A stretch of DNA of 64,000 bases, from assembly GCA_963843575.1 (NCBI GenBank), contig CAWJKZ010000019.1:384001-448000 (forward strand). Reading direction: 5' to 3'. Source of the stretch: an uncultured Acidobacteriota bacterium. Lineage in GTDB: Bacteria > Acidobacteriota > UBA6911. Shown here in pieces: positions 10,910 to 22,187 of this stretch; the stretch's first letter is position 1; every line of letters begins with the position of its first letter. The notes beneath the pieces were generated by a model. It was not told where the DNA came from. It ran no database searches and saw nothing but the letters and a program-made list of their open reading frames with translations. Made by a program: the position numbers and the translations under genes.

Positions 10910-13027
10910 ATGAGGATATCCGCCCTGACCCTTTCCCTGGCCCTGGCAGCGGTGCCCTGCCTGCACGCCTCGAGCTCGCCGGCCGTCTTTCCCTCTCCGC
11001 GGCAGATCGAGCTGCGCGGCGAAGAGATGCGGTTGGCCGAAACGCTTCGCATCCTGCTCCCGGAAGCCCCGTCGGCCGAAGACCTCCACCTCGCCCGCTT
11101 CCTCACTGCGGAATTGAGCGACCGCTACGGCGTTGCGCTGCGCACCTCCCGGGTGGCCGCGCTGCCGGAGCGGGGCCCGTTCATCCTGATGGGCTCGGCC
11201 CGGAACCCGCTCGTCCGGCAGTGGACGCGGGCTGCCGGCCCGACCGTTTCAGAACCGGAAGGGTATCGGCTGGAAGTCGATCGCGACAGGGTCGTCGTCG
11301 CCGGCGCCGACGACGCCGGGGCCTTCTACGGTCTCCAGTCGCTACGGCAGCTCATAACGGGAACGAGGCGGGGCGCCCGCATCCAGGGCGCCTCCATCCG
11401 GGACTGGCCCTTCAAGCCGTTCCGGGGCATCAAGCTGTATCTGCCCGGGCACGACAACATCCCCTATTTCAAACGCTTTGTCCGGGACGTGATGGCGCTC
11501 TACAAGTACAACACCCTGATCCTGGAACTGAACGCCGCGATGCGTTTCGACAGCCACCCGGAGCTGAACGCCGGCTGGATTGAGCTCGGGAAGAATCTCA
11601 ACTACACGCGGCGCGACCGATCCTGGGGGCCGGGACACCAATACCAGGACTCGGCCAACGCGGACACGGCCGACGGCGGAGTCCTCGAGAAGGAGGAGGT
11701 TGCGGAGCTGATCGCGTTCGTCAGGCGGCACCACATCGAGGTGATCCCCGAGATCCCTTCGCTGACCCACAGCTATTACCTGCTGACACGTCACAGGGAA
11801 CTGGCGGAAATCCAGGACGCGGAGTGGCCCGACACCTACTGCCCCTCGGAACCCAAGGTCTACGACCTGCTCTTCGACGTCATGGACGAGTACGTGGACG
11901 TGATCAAGCCCGCGATGGTGCACATCGGGCACGACGAGTGGCGTATGCCCGTGGGGGTATGCCCTCGCTGCAAGGGGAAGGACCCGACCGAGCTCTTTTC
12001 CGCCGACCTGAATCTCATCTACTCGCACCTGCGCGCGCAAGGGATCGGGACGGCGATCTGGGGCGACCACCTCATCGAGCCGCTCCGCGGCAAGAAGGTC
12101 AAGCACGTTCCCAACCGCCGGGGAACCCCGTACGATATGCCGGGAGCCCTGTCCCCCGAACAGGTGCGGCAGCTCATTCCAAAGGACATCCTCATCTTCA
12201 ACTGGTTTTGGGACTCCCCGAAATCGACCGGCGGCGAAGAGGGGCTCGGCGAGCAGAACGAAATTGCGTTGTCGGAATGGGGATTCAAGCAGGTGTTCGG
12301 GAATTTCTCCCCGCACATCACGGACTTCGACCGGCGGGCCTCCCGCGCCGGCATCCTGGGAGGGGCGCCCTCGAGTTGGGCGGCGACGAACGAGCTGAAC
12401 TTCGGCAAGGATCTGATGTTCGACTTCCTGGGTTGCGCCAACCTGCTCTGGTCCACCGACCACCCGGACATGAACGCGCTGTCCGTGATCGTGCAGGAGC
12501 GCCTCCCGTCGATCCGCGCGAGCTTGAGCGCGACGGCGCTCCCCAGCCGGGACGACGATCCCGTGCCACTCCAGGCTTTGCCCGCCGCCGGGGCCCCAGT
12601 CCGCATAGACAGCGATGTCAGCAGCCTCATCTTCCTCCACGCCTGTCGCAAAGAGGGGAGCAACCGGGCCGCCTATTCAGGGACGTGGAATCCCGCCGAC
12701 ACGGCCGACCTGGTCGGATGGTATGAAGTTGCCTACGAGGATGGCTTCGTCGGAACTGTCCCGCTGCGCTACGGGGTAAACATCCTGGAAGAGGGGTGGC
12801 TCGCCCGCCAGGCGCCCAAAGACCTGGCCTACGAAGCGGCACTGTCAGGGGGGAGGGAAGGGAAGGCGCGGTTCTCGTTCGAGTGGGTGAATCCGCGGTT
12901 CGGCAAGGTGATCCGGGAGGTCCGGCTGCGGTCCGCTTCCGAAGCCAACCCTGTTTCGCTCGAAAAGGTCAGCGTGGTGCCCCGGCGCCCCGCGCCCGAA
13001 CCCAAACCCTTGCGTCTCGCGCCGTAA
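10910..13027 (+). CDS. GH20-family glycoside hydrolase (paralog 2; HxGHDEW subtype with C-terminal extra domain)
   Basis: Signal peptide, EGYRLEV...GAFYGLQSLRQL, IRDWPFKPFRG, EVIPEIPSLTH, VHIGHDEW. Confidence 0.85.
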   Translation: MRISALTLSLALAAVPCLHASSSPAVFPSPRQIELRGEEMRLAETLRILLPEAPSAEDLHLARFLTAELSDRYGVALRTSRVAALPERGPFILMGSARNPLVRQWTRAAGPTVSEPEGYRLEVDRDRVVVAGADDAGAFYGLQSLRQLITGTRRGARIQGASIRDWPFKPFRGIKLYLPGHDNIPYFKRFVRDVMALYKYNTLILELNAAMRFDSHPELNAGWIELGKNLNYTRRDRSWGPGHQYQDSANADTADGGVLEKEEVAELIAFVRRHHIEVIPEIPSLTHSYYLLTRHRELAEIQDAEWPDTYCPSEPKVYDLLFDVMDEYVDVIKPAMVHIGHDEWRMPVGVCPRCKGKDPTELFSADLNLIYSHLRAQGIGTAIWGDHLIEPLRGKKVKHVPNRRGTPYDMPGALSPEQVRQLIPKDILIFNWFWDSPKSTGGEEGLGEQNEIALSEWGFKQVFGNFSPHITDFDRRASRAGILGGAPSSWAATNELNFGKDLMFDFLGCANLLWSTDHPDMNALSVIVQERLPSIRASLSATALPSRDDDPVPLQALPAAGAPVRIDSDVSSLIFLHACRKEGSNRAAYSGTWNPADTADLVGWYEVAYEDGFVGTVPLRYGVNILEEGWLARQAPKDLAYEAALSGGREGKARFSFEWVNPRFGKVIREVRLRSASEANPVSLEKVSVVPRRPAPEPKPLRLAP

Positions 13028-13098
13028 CGGCGCATCCCCAGGCTGTCGCGGGGCGCCCGGCGCGGATTTGGAGTGCGGCGCCTCGACGTTTTTTCCCG

Positions 13099-14433
13099 CT
13101 ACTTGCCTTCCTTCAGTTCCCGCACGGCGGAAATCACGGCCCCCGCCATGTACTCGACCTGTTGCCCGGTCAGGCCGTACAGGGGCAGGTGTGTGTACTT
13201 GTGGCTGAAAACCTGCTCGGTGTTGGGGCAGGTCTCCGAGATGGCGGCCTCGTCGTATCCCAGCTCGCGGACGATTTCGAACTTGTACATCGGGGCGAAG
13301 TGCTGGATTTCAGTCACGCCCCTGCTCTTGAGCTTGGCCTTGAGATCCTGGACGTCTCCGAGGATCGCCGCGGGATTCACCTGCAGCAGGAAGAGGTGGT
13401 GCGTGCTGCGGATCTCGTCGGTGTCGCCGGGCGGGATCACGATCTCGGGGGCCTCAGCGAAGCGCTCGCACAGGTAGCGGAAGGCTTCGCGCCTGCGTTC
13501 GATGATCTGCTCGACGCGCGTCAACTGGTTGAGCAGCACGACCGCCTGGGCCTCGGTGACCGAGAAGTTGCAAGGGGCCACGGCGTTGCCGAACCGGTCG
13601 CGCAAGGCCGTCACGTCGTAGAGCCAGTGCGTGACCTGCTTCGAAAAGTCCAGCCCGCAGAAGCGCGCCTTGGAGAACTGCTCCCCGAGGCTGCTGTTGC
13701 TGACCAGCAGGCCCCCCTCCCCAAGGGACGTGATGTTCTTGACCTCGTGGAAACTGTACCCGCCGAAATCGCCGACGGTGCCGATCTTCTTGCCCTTGTA
13801 CAGGGCGCCGAATGCGTGTGCCGCGTCCTCGATCACGGCGATGCCGTGCTTGCGGGCCACCTCCATGATGGGATCCATGTCCGCGGGATACCCGCCTATG
13901 TGGACGGGCATGATGGCCCGCGTCCTCGGTGTGATTTTGCGGGCTACGTCGGCCGGGTCGATGTTGACCGTCCGCTGATCGATGTCGGCGAAGACGACCT
14001 TGGCGCCGATGGACAGGGGCCACAGCATGGTCGCCACGAAGGTGTTGCTGGGTATGATCACCTCGTCCCCCGGACGCAGCCCGGAAAGCCGAAGCGCGAT
14101 CTCCATGCCGCCGGTCCAGCAGGACAGGAAGCAGGCATGCTTGACGCCCAGCATCGCGGCCGTCTCCGTCTCGAGCTGTTTGACCTTCTGCCCGAGGCTC
14201 AGCTTGCCCGCGTACTGCCCCTCGGCGGCCAGCCCCTCGATCGCCGCCCGCACGGTGGCGAGCTGCTCACGGTAGGATTCAGACTTTCCTTCGGCGGGTT
14301 GAATCAGGAATTCCACGAGCCGGGTGATGTCGTCGCTCGTGACCGGTTCCCCGACGGCGCGCCAGGGTACGGCTGCGTTGCCGGTTTCATAACGGAAATC
14401 CGACTGCTTCTTCTGCTCTGCGGCACCACTCAT
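13099..14433 (-). CDS. DegT/DnrJ/EryC1/StrS-family PLP-dependent aminotransferase
   Basis: PGDEVII, IEDAAHAFGA, SFHEVKNITSLGEGG (PLP Lys); likely start MSGAAEQ at 14433. Confidence 0.9.
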   Translation of the reverse strand: MSGAAEQKKQSDFRYETGNAAVPWRAVGEPVTSDDITRLVEFLIQPAEGKSESYREQLATVRAAIEGLAAEGQYAGKLSLGQKVKQLETETAAMLGVKHACFLSCWTGGMEIALRLSGLRPGDEVIIPSNTFVATMLWPLSIGAKVVFADIDQRTVNIDPADVARKITPRTRAIMPVHIGGYPADMDPIMEVARKHGIAVIEDAAHAFGALYKGKKIGTVGDFGGYSFHEVKNITSLGEGGLLVSNSSLGEQFSKARFCGLDFSKQVTHWLYDVTALRDRFGNAVAPCNFSVTEAQAVVLLNQLTRVEQIIERRREAFRYLCERFAEAPEIVIPPGDTDEIRSTHHLFLLQVNPAAILGDVQDLKAKLKSRGVTEIQHFAPMYKFEIVRELGYDEAAISETCPNTEQVFSHKYTHLPLYGLTGQQVEYMAGAVISAVRELKEGK

Positions 14434-14531
14434 GTTTGGCCCCCTTGCTCCAGTTGCCGGGAATTCTACACACAACCGCAGGACCCGCAAAGCGAAACAA
14501 CAACGGCGCAGGCCCGATCTGCAAAGTGAAC

Positions 14532-14690
14532 CAAGTGGGTCCGGGCTTCAGCGGACGTCCGCGCCCGTGACCCATTGAATCAAGTGGGTCCGGGCTTCAG
14601 CCCGGACGCAGTTTGCAGTCGCTATGCAGGGCAGGTGGAACTCTATGGAACAGATTTAAAGGCGTCCGGGCTGAAGCCCGGACCCACTTG
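14532..14690. repeat. Family A REP/REPIN cluster (GTGG-GTCCGGGC-TTCA-GCCCGGAC)
   Basis: Copies at 14535-14556 (internally deleted), 14584-14607 and inverted 14664-14687; spacer similar to 57957-58010. Confidence 0.9.
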
Positions 14691-14766
14691 ATTCGTCCTG
14701 CCCGGATAGGGCGGTGTTGTGTTACAGTCGGACGCCAAACTGCGAACGTGGAAAAGGAGAGTTCCA

Positions 14767-15810
<1,044 letters not shown>

Positions 15811-15861
15811 AAACGTCGCGCGACAACCCAACGGCGTGTACCAGTAATCTGAGGAGGATTC

Positions 15862-16890
15862 GTGGCCTACGATGGCGTGATTGAAGACATTCGGAAATGC
15901 GTGAATCTGACCCGCCCCGGGCAAGTTCCCGTGTTCGGCATGACCGAGGAATTCGACGTTCGCTGGTACGGTGCCTCGTATGCGGATTATTGTCAGGACG
16001 CCCGCCTCATGGCCAAGTGCCAGATCGCCGCGGTCGAGGCATTCGACTACGACTGGTGCTGGCTGCAGGTGGACGACTGCATCGAGTTCGAACCGCTCGG
16101 CGTCGGCACGAGGTGGGATACCAACATCCTCCGCGCGACGTGCGAGTATCTTCCCCCGACCGCCGAGACGCTTCACAAGCTGCGGATGCCCGACCCTCAG
16201 AAGGACGGGCGTATGCCCGTGCTGCTGGAAGCCATCCACCGCGTCCGGGAGCGGTTCGGGGACACCGTGTGCGTGACCGGCAGGACGGCGGCGCCATTCT
16301 CCTCGGTCGGGCTGCTCTATGGGCTCCAGGAACTCATGCTCATGCCTTACACCAACCCGGAGTTGCTGAAGGATACGCTCGAGTTCTTCGTCGAGCTCCA
16401 GACCCGGTTCGGCAACGCCCAGATCGAGGCGGGCGCCCACGCCATCTGGTTCGGCGACTGCAACGCGTCGTCCCACCTCGTGTCGCCCGAGACCTACAGC
16501 ACCTGGGCGTTCGAGCCGGCGAAACGCGTCACCGAGGCATACCAAAAGGCGGGCGGACTCGTTTTCTATCACGCGAGCGAGGAAGGGAAATCCCTGTCCG
16601 CCATGACCAGGCTTGGGGTGAGCGCCCTCTCCCCCGGTCCCGGCATAAACGTCAAGGACGCCCTCGCGGTGACCCGCGGCCAGGTCTGCATGGTCGGCAA
16701 CCTGGATCCCGTGGGAACCCTCATGAACGGCACGCCGGACGATGTGCGGCGGGAGACCATCCGGATCATGGAAGCCGGGAAAGAGGGGACCGGGTTCATG
16801 TTCGATTCCGGCGAGATGATCCCCCGCGACACGCCGGAAGCGAACATCCGCGCCATGTTCCAGACCGCGCGCGAATACAGCCGCTGGTGA
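15862..16890 (+). CDS. Uroporphyrinogen decarboxylase (URO-D)/MtaA-CmuA fold protein
   Basis: DGRMPVLLEAI, AAPFS, QIEAGAHAIWFGD, VGNLDP, GTPDDVRRE, TPEANIRAM. Confidence 0.8.
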   Translation: MAYDGVIEDIRKCVNLTRPGQVPVFGMTEEFDVRWYGASYADYCQDARLMAKCQIAAVEAFDYDWCWLQVDDCIEFEPLGVGTRWDTNILRATCEYLPPTAETLHKLRMPDPQKDGRMPVLLEAIHRVRERFGDTVCVTGRTAAPFSSVGLLYGLQELMLMPYTNPELLKDTLEFFVELQTRFGNAQIEAGAHAIWFGDCNASSHLVSPETYSTWAFEPAKRVTEAYQKAGGLVFYHASEEGKSLSAMTRLGVSALSPGPGINVKDALAVTRGQVCMVGNLDPVGTLMNGTPDDVRRETIRIMEAGKEGTGFMFDSGEMIPRDTPEANIRAMFQTAREYSRW

Positions 16891-16997
16891 GCATGTCCCG
16901 CAAAGAAATCAGGAGCGGCGCCAATCCGAAGCAGTGAACCAGGTCCTGAAAGGGGCCTGGCCGGTTTCGTGCTGCCGCTCCGCGGCGGACAGGTGAG

Positions 16998-19071
16998 GTG
17001 GATATGACGGTGTCGTGGAGAGGGCTGGCGCTTTGCCTGGTGTGGATTGGGCTCTCATCTTTCGCGGCGCGAGGCGAGATCTCCCGGGAACCCCCGCTGC
17101 CGGCGCCGCAGAAGATCCAGTACGGCGCCCGCAGCGTCCCGGTGCGCGGGTTCCGCGTCTACCTGCCCCCGAACTGCGCGCCGGAAGACCAGTTCGCCGC
17201 CGACGAGCTCGCGTCTTTCCTTTCCACTCGCGCCGCCGCCCGTGTCCCCGTCTCCGGGGACGCCGCCGGCCGCGTGATCGCGTTGAACCGCACCGGGCCC
17301 GTCGACCCGATGCCGGTCCCCGGCGAGAAGCCCGGGCCGGAATCGCGGGAATCGTACAGCCTCGTGATCAAGCCCGACCGCATCGACGTCAAAGCCCGCA
17401 CTTCGGCGGGTCTCTTTTACGCCGTCCAGACGCTTCGCCAACTGGCGGCGGCTACGGGCGATCAGGCCGCTTTCCCCGAGGTCGAGATCCAGGACTGGCC
17501 GTCCCTGCCCTACCGCGGCACCATGGTGGACATCAGCCACGGACCGCTCCCCACGGAAGACGAGATCAAGCGGCAGCTCGACCTCCTGGCCCGCTTCAAG
17601 GGCAACCAGTACTACTTCTACAACGAGGCGAGCATCGAGCTGGAAGGATACCGGCTGATCAATCCCAAGGGGCGCTATACGCAGCCGGAGATCCGGCGGA
17701 TCGTCGCATACGCCCGGGAACGCCACATCGACGTGGTCCCCTGCCTGGAGCTCTACGGCCACCTGCACGACATCTTCCGGCTGGAACGGTTCTCCGATCT
17801 GGCCGTGTTCCCGCACGCCGGGGAGTTCAACCCGGCCAACCCCGAAGGTGAAGGCGCTGCTGGCCGACTGGGTGGAGCAGTTCGCGCGGCTCTTCCCGAG
17901 CCCCTTCGTGCACGTGGGCTTCGACGAGACCTGGCAGATCGCGAACCTCGCCAAGCAGGCCGGGGGCCTGAGCCCCGCGAAACTGTTCGTCGAGCAGCTC
18001 AGGAACGTGGCGACCGGCTTCCAGCGGCACGGCAAGAGCGTCATGGCCTGGTCCGACGTGATGGTTCACTACCCGGAGAGCATGGCCGACATGCCCCCGG
18101 GCATCATCGCGGTCCCCTGGACCTACGACGCCGAGAAAACCTACGACCCGTTCATCGGCCCGCTTGAAAAGAACGCCGTGCCCTACCTCGTCGCCCCCGG
18201 GGTGAGGTGCTGGGGTGAGATCTTCCCGGATTACGACCTCACGTTCGCCAACATCGACGCCTTCCTCAAGGCCGGCCGCCAGGGCAAGGCGATGGGGGTG
18301 ATCAACACCGTCTGGGCGGACGAATCCCAACTGCTGATGCGGCAGTCCTGGCCGGGAATGGCTTACGGGGCCGTCGCAGCCTGGCAGTCTGCGCCCGTCA
18401 GCCACCCTGAATTCCTCGGGGCCTACGCCGGCAAGATGTATGACGCGGCCGCAGCCTCCCACGTGGGACGGGCGCTCGACGGGCTGAACCGCGCCGAGAA
18501 CTTTCTCCAGAAGGTCCTGGGGCAGGAAACGATGCAGGCGCTGTGGCAGGACCCGCTCGCCCCCGCGGTGCTCAAGGGACTTGCTCCCCACCGTGAAAAC
18601 CTCCGGCAGTCGCGCCTGCTGGCCGAAGCCGCGATAGACGACCTGGACGAAGCGATGCTAGCCGGTGCGGATCCCCTGACGGTAAAGAGCCTCCTGGTGG
18701 GTGCGCAGCTCCTCGACTATGCCGGGATGAGGTTCCAGTACGCCCTGGAGTTGCCCGAGCGCTGGGAGAAACTCGGGCCGCGGCCGGACGGCACCGCGTG
18801 GTGGAACGAGTTCGAGGCGGAAGTCATCGAGCAGAACCACGGGCGCATCATCGACCTGATGGAGATCATCGGGGAACTCCGGGACGATTACCGCGCGGCC
18901 TGGCTGTCCGAATACACCCCATACCGGCTCGCCACGGCGCTGGGCCGGTGGGACGGGGAGTTCCAGTACTGGCGCGCCATGCAGGAACGCCTCAGGGCCT
19001 TTTCCCGGACCCGCAAAGACGGGGACCCGCTTCCCCCGTTCCAGCAGGTCATACGAGGAGAAACCCGATGA
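16998..19071 (+). CDS. GH20-family hexosaminidase-like protein (paralog 3), one frameshift near 17840
   Basis: IQDWPSLPYRG, DVVPCLELYGHLHD, VHVGFDE; ORFs 16998..18167 and 17848..19071. Confidence 0.85.
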
Positions 19072-21125
19072 GGAATGCAGCCTTGCTCCCGTTCCTGTTG
19101 CTCGCGTCCTGGCCGGCGGCAACTGCTGCCACCGGCCCCCTCCTGCCACAACCCCGGAGTGTCCGGGTCACCGAAGGCCGTTTGCCGCTGAAGGACGTGG
19201 CCATTCGCTTTGCGATGAGCCCCGCCCCGGAAGACCGCTTCGCTGCCGCGCAGCTGGCCGCCATCCTTTCCGAGCCCCTGGGCCGGCCGGTCCCGGTCGT
19301 GGAGGCTGCGGGCGGAGGGAAGGCGATCGTGCTCAACCGCACCGCCGGGGTCGATCCGCTGCCGGTCCCGGGAGAGCAGACGGGGCCGGAATCCCGGGAG
19401 GCCTACACGGTCACGATCTCCACCGACGGGGCCGAGATCAAGAGCCGATCCTCGGCCGGGCTCTTCTACGCCGTGCAGACGATCCGGCAGCTCGTGGCGG
19501 GAAACGGCGCCGAGGCGTCCCTGCCCGGCATCGAGATCGCCGACTGGCCGTCCCTGGCCTATCGCGGCACCATGATGGACATGAGCCACGGGCCCCTCCT
19601 GACCGTGGAGGAGATCAAGCGGCAACTCGATTTCCTGGCACGCTGGAAGGCCAACCACTACTACTTCTACAGCGAAGCCAGCATCGAACTGGACGGCTAT
19701 CCTCTGCTCAACCCGGAGGGAAGGTTCACAAAAGAGCAGGTGCGTGAAGTCATCGCCTACGCCCGCGAGCGCCACATCGACGTGATCCCGTGCCTCGAGC
19801 TCTACGGGCACCTGCACGACCTGTTCCGGGTCGAAAAGTACGCCCACCTGGCCGCCCTGCCTCACGGGGGAGAGTTCAACCCCCGGAATCCGGAGGTGAT
19901 GAAGCTGCTGGCCGACTGGGCCGGGCAGTTCGTCGCGTTGTTCCCCAGCCCGTTCGTTCACATCGGCTTCGATGAAACGTGGCAGATCGAGATGGCCGCG
20001 AAGAAGGAAGGGAGCGGCGCCACGCCCGCCAAGCTCTTCCGTCAGCAGCTCTCGAACGTCGCCGGGCTGTTCACCGCGCACGGCCGCAAGGTCATGGCGT
20101 GGGCCGACATCATCGTGAAGTACCCCGAGATCGTCGCCGACCTTCCCCCCGGGCTGATCGGCGTCGCGTGGGAGTACAGCCCCCAGGGGGATTACCAGCA
20201 CTGGCTGGATCCGCTGTCCTCCAGGAAGGTGCCTACCGTCATCGCGACCGCGGTCAGCAACTGGCGCGAAGTCTCTCCCGATTTCGAGTACACGTTCGGC
20301 AACATCGACAATTTCCTGGCGGCCGGCCGGCGGGCCGGGGTCATGGGATTCATGAACACGGTCTGGACGGATTCTTCGCAGACCCTGATCCGGGCCGCGT
20401 GGCCTGCCATAGCGTACGGGGCCGTCGCCCCGTGGCAGAACGGGCCCGTCGACCGGACCCGGTTCTTCCGGGACTACAGCGCCCTGATGTATCCCGAAGC
20501 GGTCGCCTCGGAAGTGGGGCTTGCGCTGGCGGACCTGTCCAGCGCGGAACTCGAATTCCAGAAGGCATTCGGGCAGAACACGATGCGCAGCTTCTGGGAG
20601 GACCCCTTCGAACCCCGGATCCAGCAGAGGCTGGACGACCGGCGCCAGAACCTCCGCCAGACGCGGCTGTCGGCCGAGGAGGCGCAGGAGCATCTCTACA
20701 AGGCTCTGAAGCTCAAGGGCGATCCGACCACGCTCAACAGCCTGCTCCTGGAAAGTCGAATGCTGGATTATGCCGGGCTCAAGTTCCTGACCGCCCTCGA
20801 AGGCGCGGACCGGTGGAAAGAAATGGGGCCGAAGGTCAACCGGGACACGTGGTGGAACACCTTCGACTCGGAATGGACCTACCAGTCGCACGGCCGCCCG
20901 ATCGACCTTATGGACCAGATCACCGAGTTGCGGAAGATCTACCGGAACGCCTGGCTGTCGGAATTCACCGATTACCGGCTGGATTCAACCCTCGTCCGCT
21001 GGGACGCCGAGTACGAATACTGGCGCAGGATCGTGGCGCGCCTGCAGGCTTTTTCGGCCACCATGAAGGACGGCGACCCGTTGCCGCCGCTGAATTCCGT
21101 GCTCCAGGGACAGGTCCGGGAGTAA
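19068..21125 (+). CDS. GH20-family hexosaminidase-like protein (paralog 4), intact
   Basis: Start MRNAALLPFLLL overlaps the upstream stop (ATGA); IADWPSLAYRG, DVIPCLELYGHLHD, VHIGFDE. Confidence 0.9.
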   Translation: MRNAALLPFLLLASWPAATAATGPLLPQPRSVRVTEGRLPLKDVAIRFAMSPAPEDRFAAAQLAAILSEPLGRPVPVVEAAGGGKAIVLNRTAGVDPLPVPGEQTGPESREAYTVTISTDGAEIKSRSSAGLFYAVQTIRQLVAGNGAEASLPGIEIADWPSLAYRGTMMDMSHGPLLTVEEIKRQLDFLARWKANHYYFYSEASIELDGYPLLNPEGRFTKEQVREVIAYARERHIDVIPCLELYGHLHDLFRVEKYAHLAALPHGGEFNPRNPEVMKLLADWAGQFVALFPSPFVHIGFDETWQIEMAAKKEGSGATPAKLFRQQLSNVAGLFTAHGRKVMAWADIIVKYPEIVADLPPGLIGVAWEYSPQGDYQHWLDPLSSRKVPTVIATAVSNWREVSPDFEYTFGNIDNFLAAGRRAGVMGFMNTVWTDSSQTLIRAAWPAIAYGAVAPWQNGPVDRTRFFRDYSALMYPEAVASEVGLALADLSSAELEFQKAFGQNTMRSFWEDPFEPRIQQRLDDRRQNLRQTRLSAEEAQEHLYKALKLKGDPTTLNSLLLESRMLDYAGLKFLTALEGADRWKEMGPKVNRDTWWNTFDSEWTYQSHGRPIDLMDQITELRKIYRNAWLSEFTDYRLDSTLVRWDAEYEYWRRIVARLQAFSATMKDGDPLPPLNSVLQGQVRE

Positions 21126-21135
21126 CACACCCACT

Positions 21136-21211
21136 TTCGAGATTCTTAGGGTCTTGGAGGTAAGCTCCGAAAACTCACCCCCAAGACTCGAAGACTCTAA
21201 GAATCTCGAAG
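21136..21211. repeat. Family D CTCGAAG-type 9-10 nt repeats forming an inverted pair
   Basis: ttcgagattcttag pairs with ctaagaatctcgaa; related units at ~38825, ~42580 and ~48708. Confidence 0.7.
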
Positions 21212-21231
21212 ATGAATATGAAGGAGTCATC

Positions 21232-22161
21232 GTGCGATCCTGGCTCTATCTGTTCAGCTGCAACCTGATGTGGGCGCTCCAGTTCACTTGCATAAAGCTG
21301 GTCCAGGACCAGGTGGGCTCGCTGTTTACCGTCTGGGCCCCCATGACCCTGGCCACCGTGATGCTGTATCCCCTGGTCCGCGCCGAGGCCAAGACCTCGC
21401 CGCCGAGAGCGGCACGCGGATGGAAGGACGTGGTCCTGTTTCTGGTCCTCGCCCTCATCGGGGTGTTCCCGGGACAGGTCCTGATCACCTGGGGGACTCG
21501 CCTCTCGCTGGCCAGCAACGCGGCCCTGCTCATGCTGGCGTTCCCGGTCTGCACCGCGGTGCTGGCGTTTCTGCTGCTCGGCGAAAAAATGACCGGTATC
21601 CGGTGGGTCAGCTTCGGCCTGGCCATCCTCGGGGTTCTCTTCTGCTCCAACTTCGACCTGGGGCAACTGGACTTCGGGAAAGGCTTTCTCTTCGGCAACC
21701 TGCTCATCTTTTCGGGCATCGTCGGCAACTCGTTTTACAACTCTTACGGGAAGAAGGTGCTCGAGCGTTATTCGCCCATGCAGATGCTGTACTACACGTA
21801 CCTGGCGATGTTCGTCATCATGACCCCGCTGACCCTGCACGAGGAAATGGATGTCTTCGCCCGGATCCCGCACTTTACCGTTCAGACCTGGATCGGCCTG
21901 GGGCTCCTGACCTTCTTCCACAACTACCTGTCGATGGTTCTCTTCCTCAAGGCCCTGAAACAGCTGGACGCGATCCAGGCGGCGCTGTCCAACTACCTGA
22001 TCACTTTCTTCGGGCTTCCGATTGCCGCCCTCTGGCTGGGTGAGCGGCTCACCGTCATGGCCATCGTCGGAGGGTTCATGGTGCTTGCCAGCACTCTGCT
22101 CATAACGATATGGGACGAGCTCCGCAAGCCGGCCCGTTCTGCGGCGGCAAGCCAGCCGTAG
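21232..22161 (+). CDS. DMT/EamA-family transporter
   Basis: About 10 hydrophobic helices in two EamA-like repeats (LLLGEKM, LWLGERL); GTG 21232 after AAGGAG. Confidence 0.85.
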   Translation: MRSWLYLFSCNLMWALQFTCIKLVQDQVGSLFTVWAPMTLATVMLYPLVRAEAKTSPPRAARGWKDVVLFLVLALIGVFPGQVLITWGTRLSLASNAALLMLAFPVCTAVLAFLLLGEKMTGIRWVSFGLAILGVLFCSNFDLGQLDFGKGFLFGNLLIFSGIVGNSFYNSYGKKVLERYSPMQMLYYTYLAMFVIMTPLTLHEEMDVFARIPHFTVQTWIGLGLLTFFHNYLSMVLFLKALKQLDAIQAALSNYLITFFGLPIAALWLGERLTVMAIVGGFMVLASTLLITIWDELRKPARSAAASQP

Positions 22162-22187
22162 CCTGTCAACCACGAGGAGGCTTCCGC

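Noticed and set aside
15862-16890. hemE (heme biosynthesis)
   Set aside because: Lacks the HemE RQAGR motif and has no hem gene context
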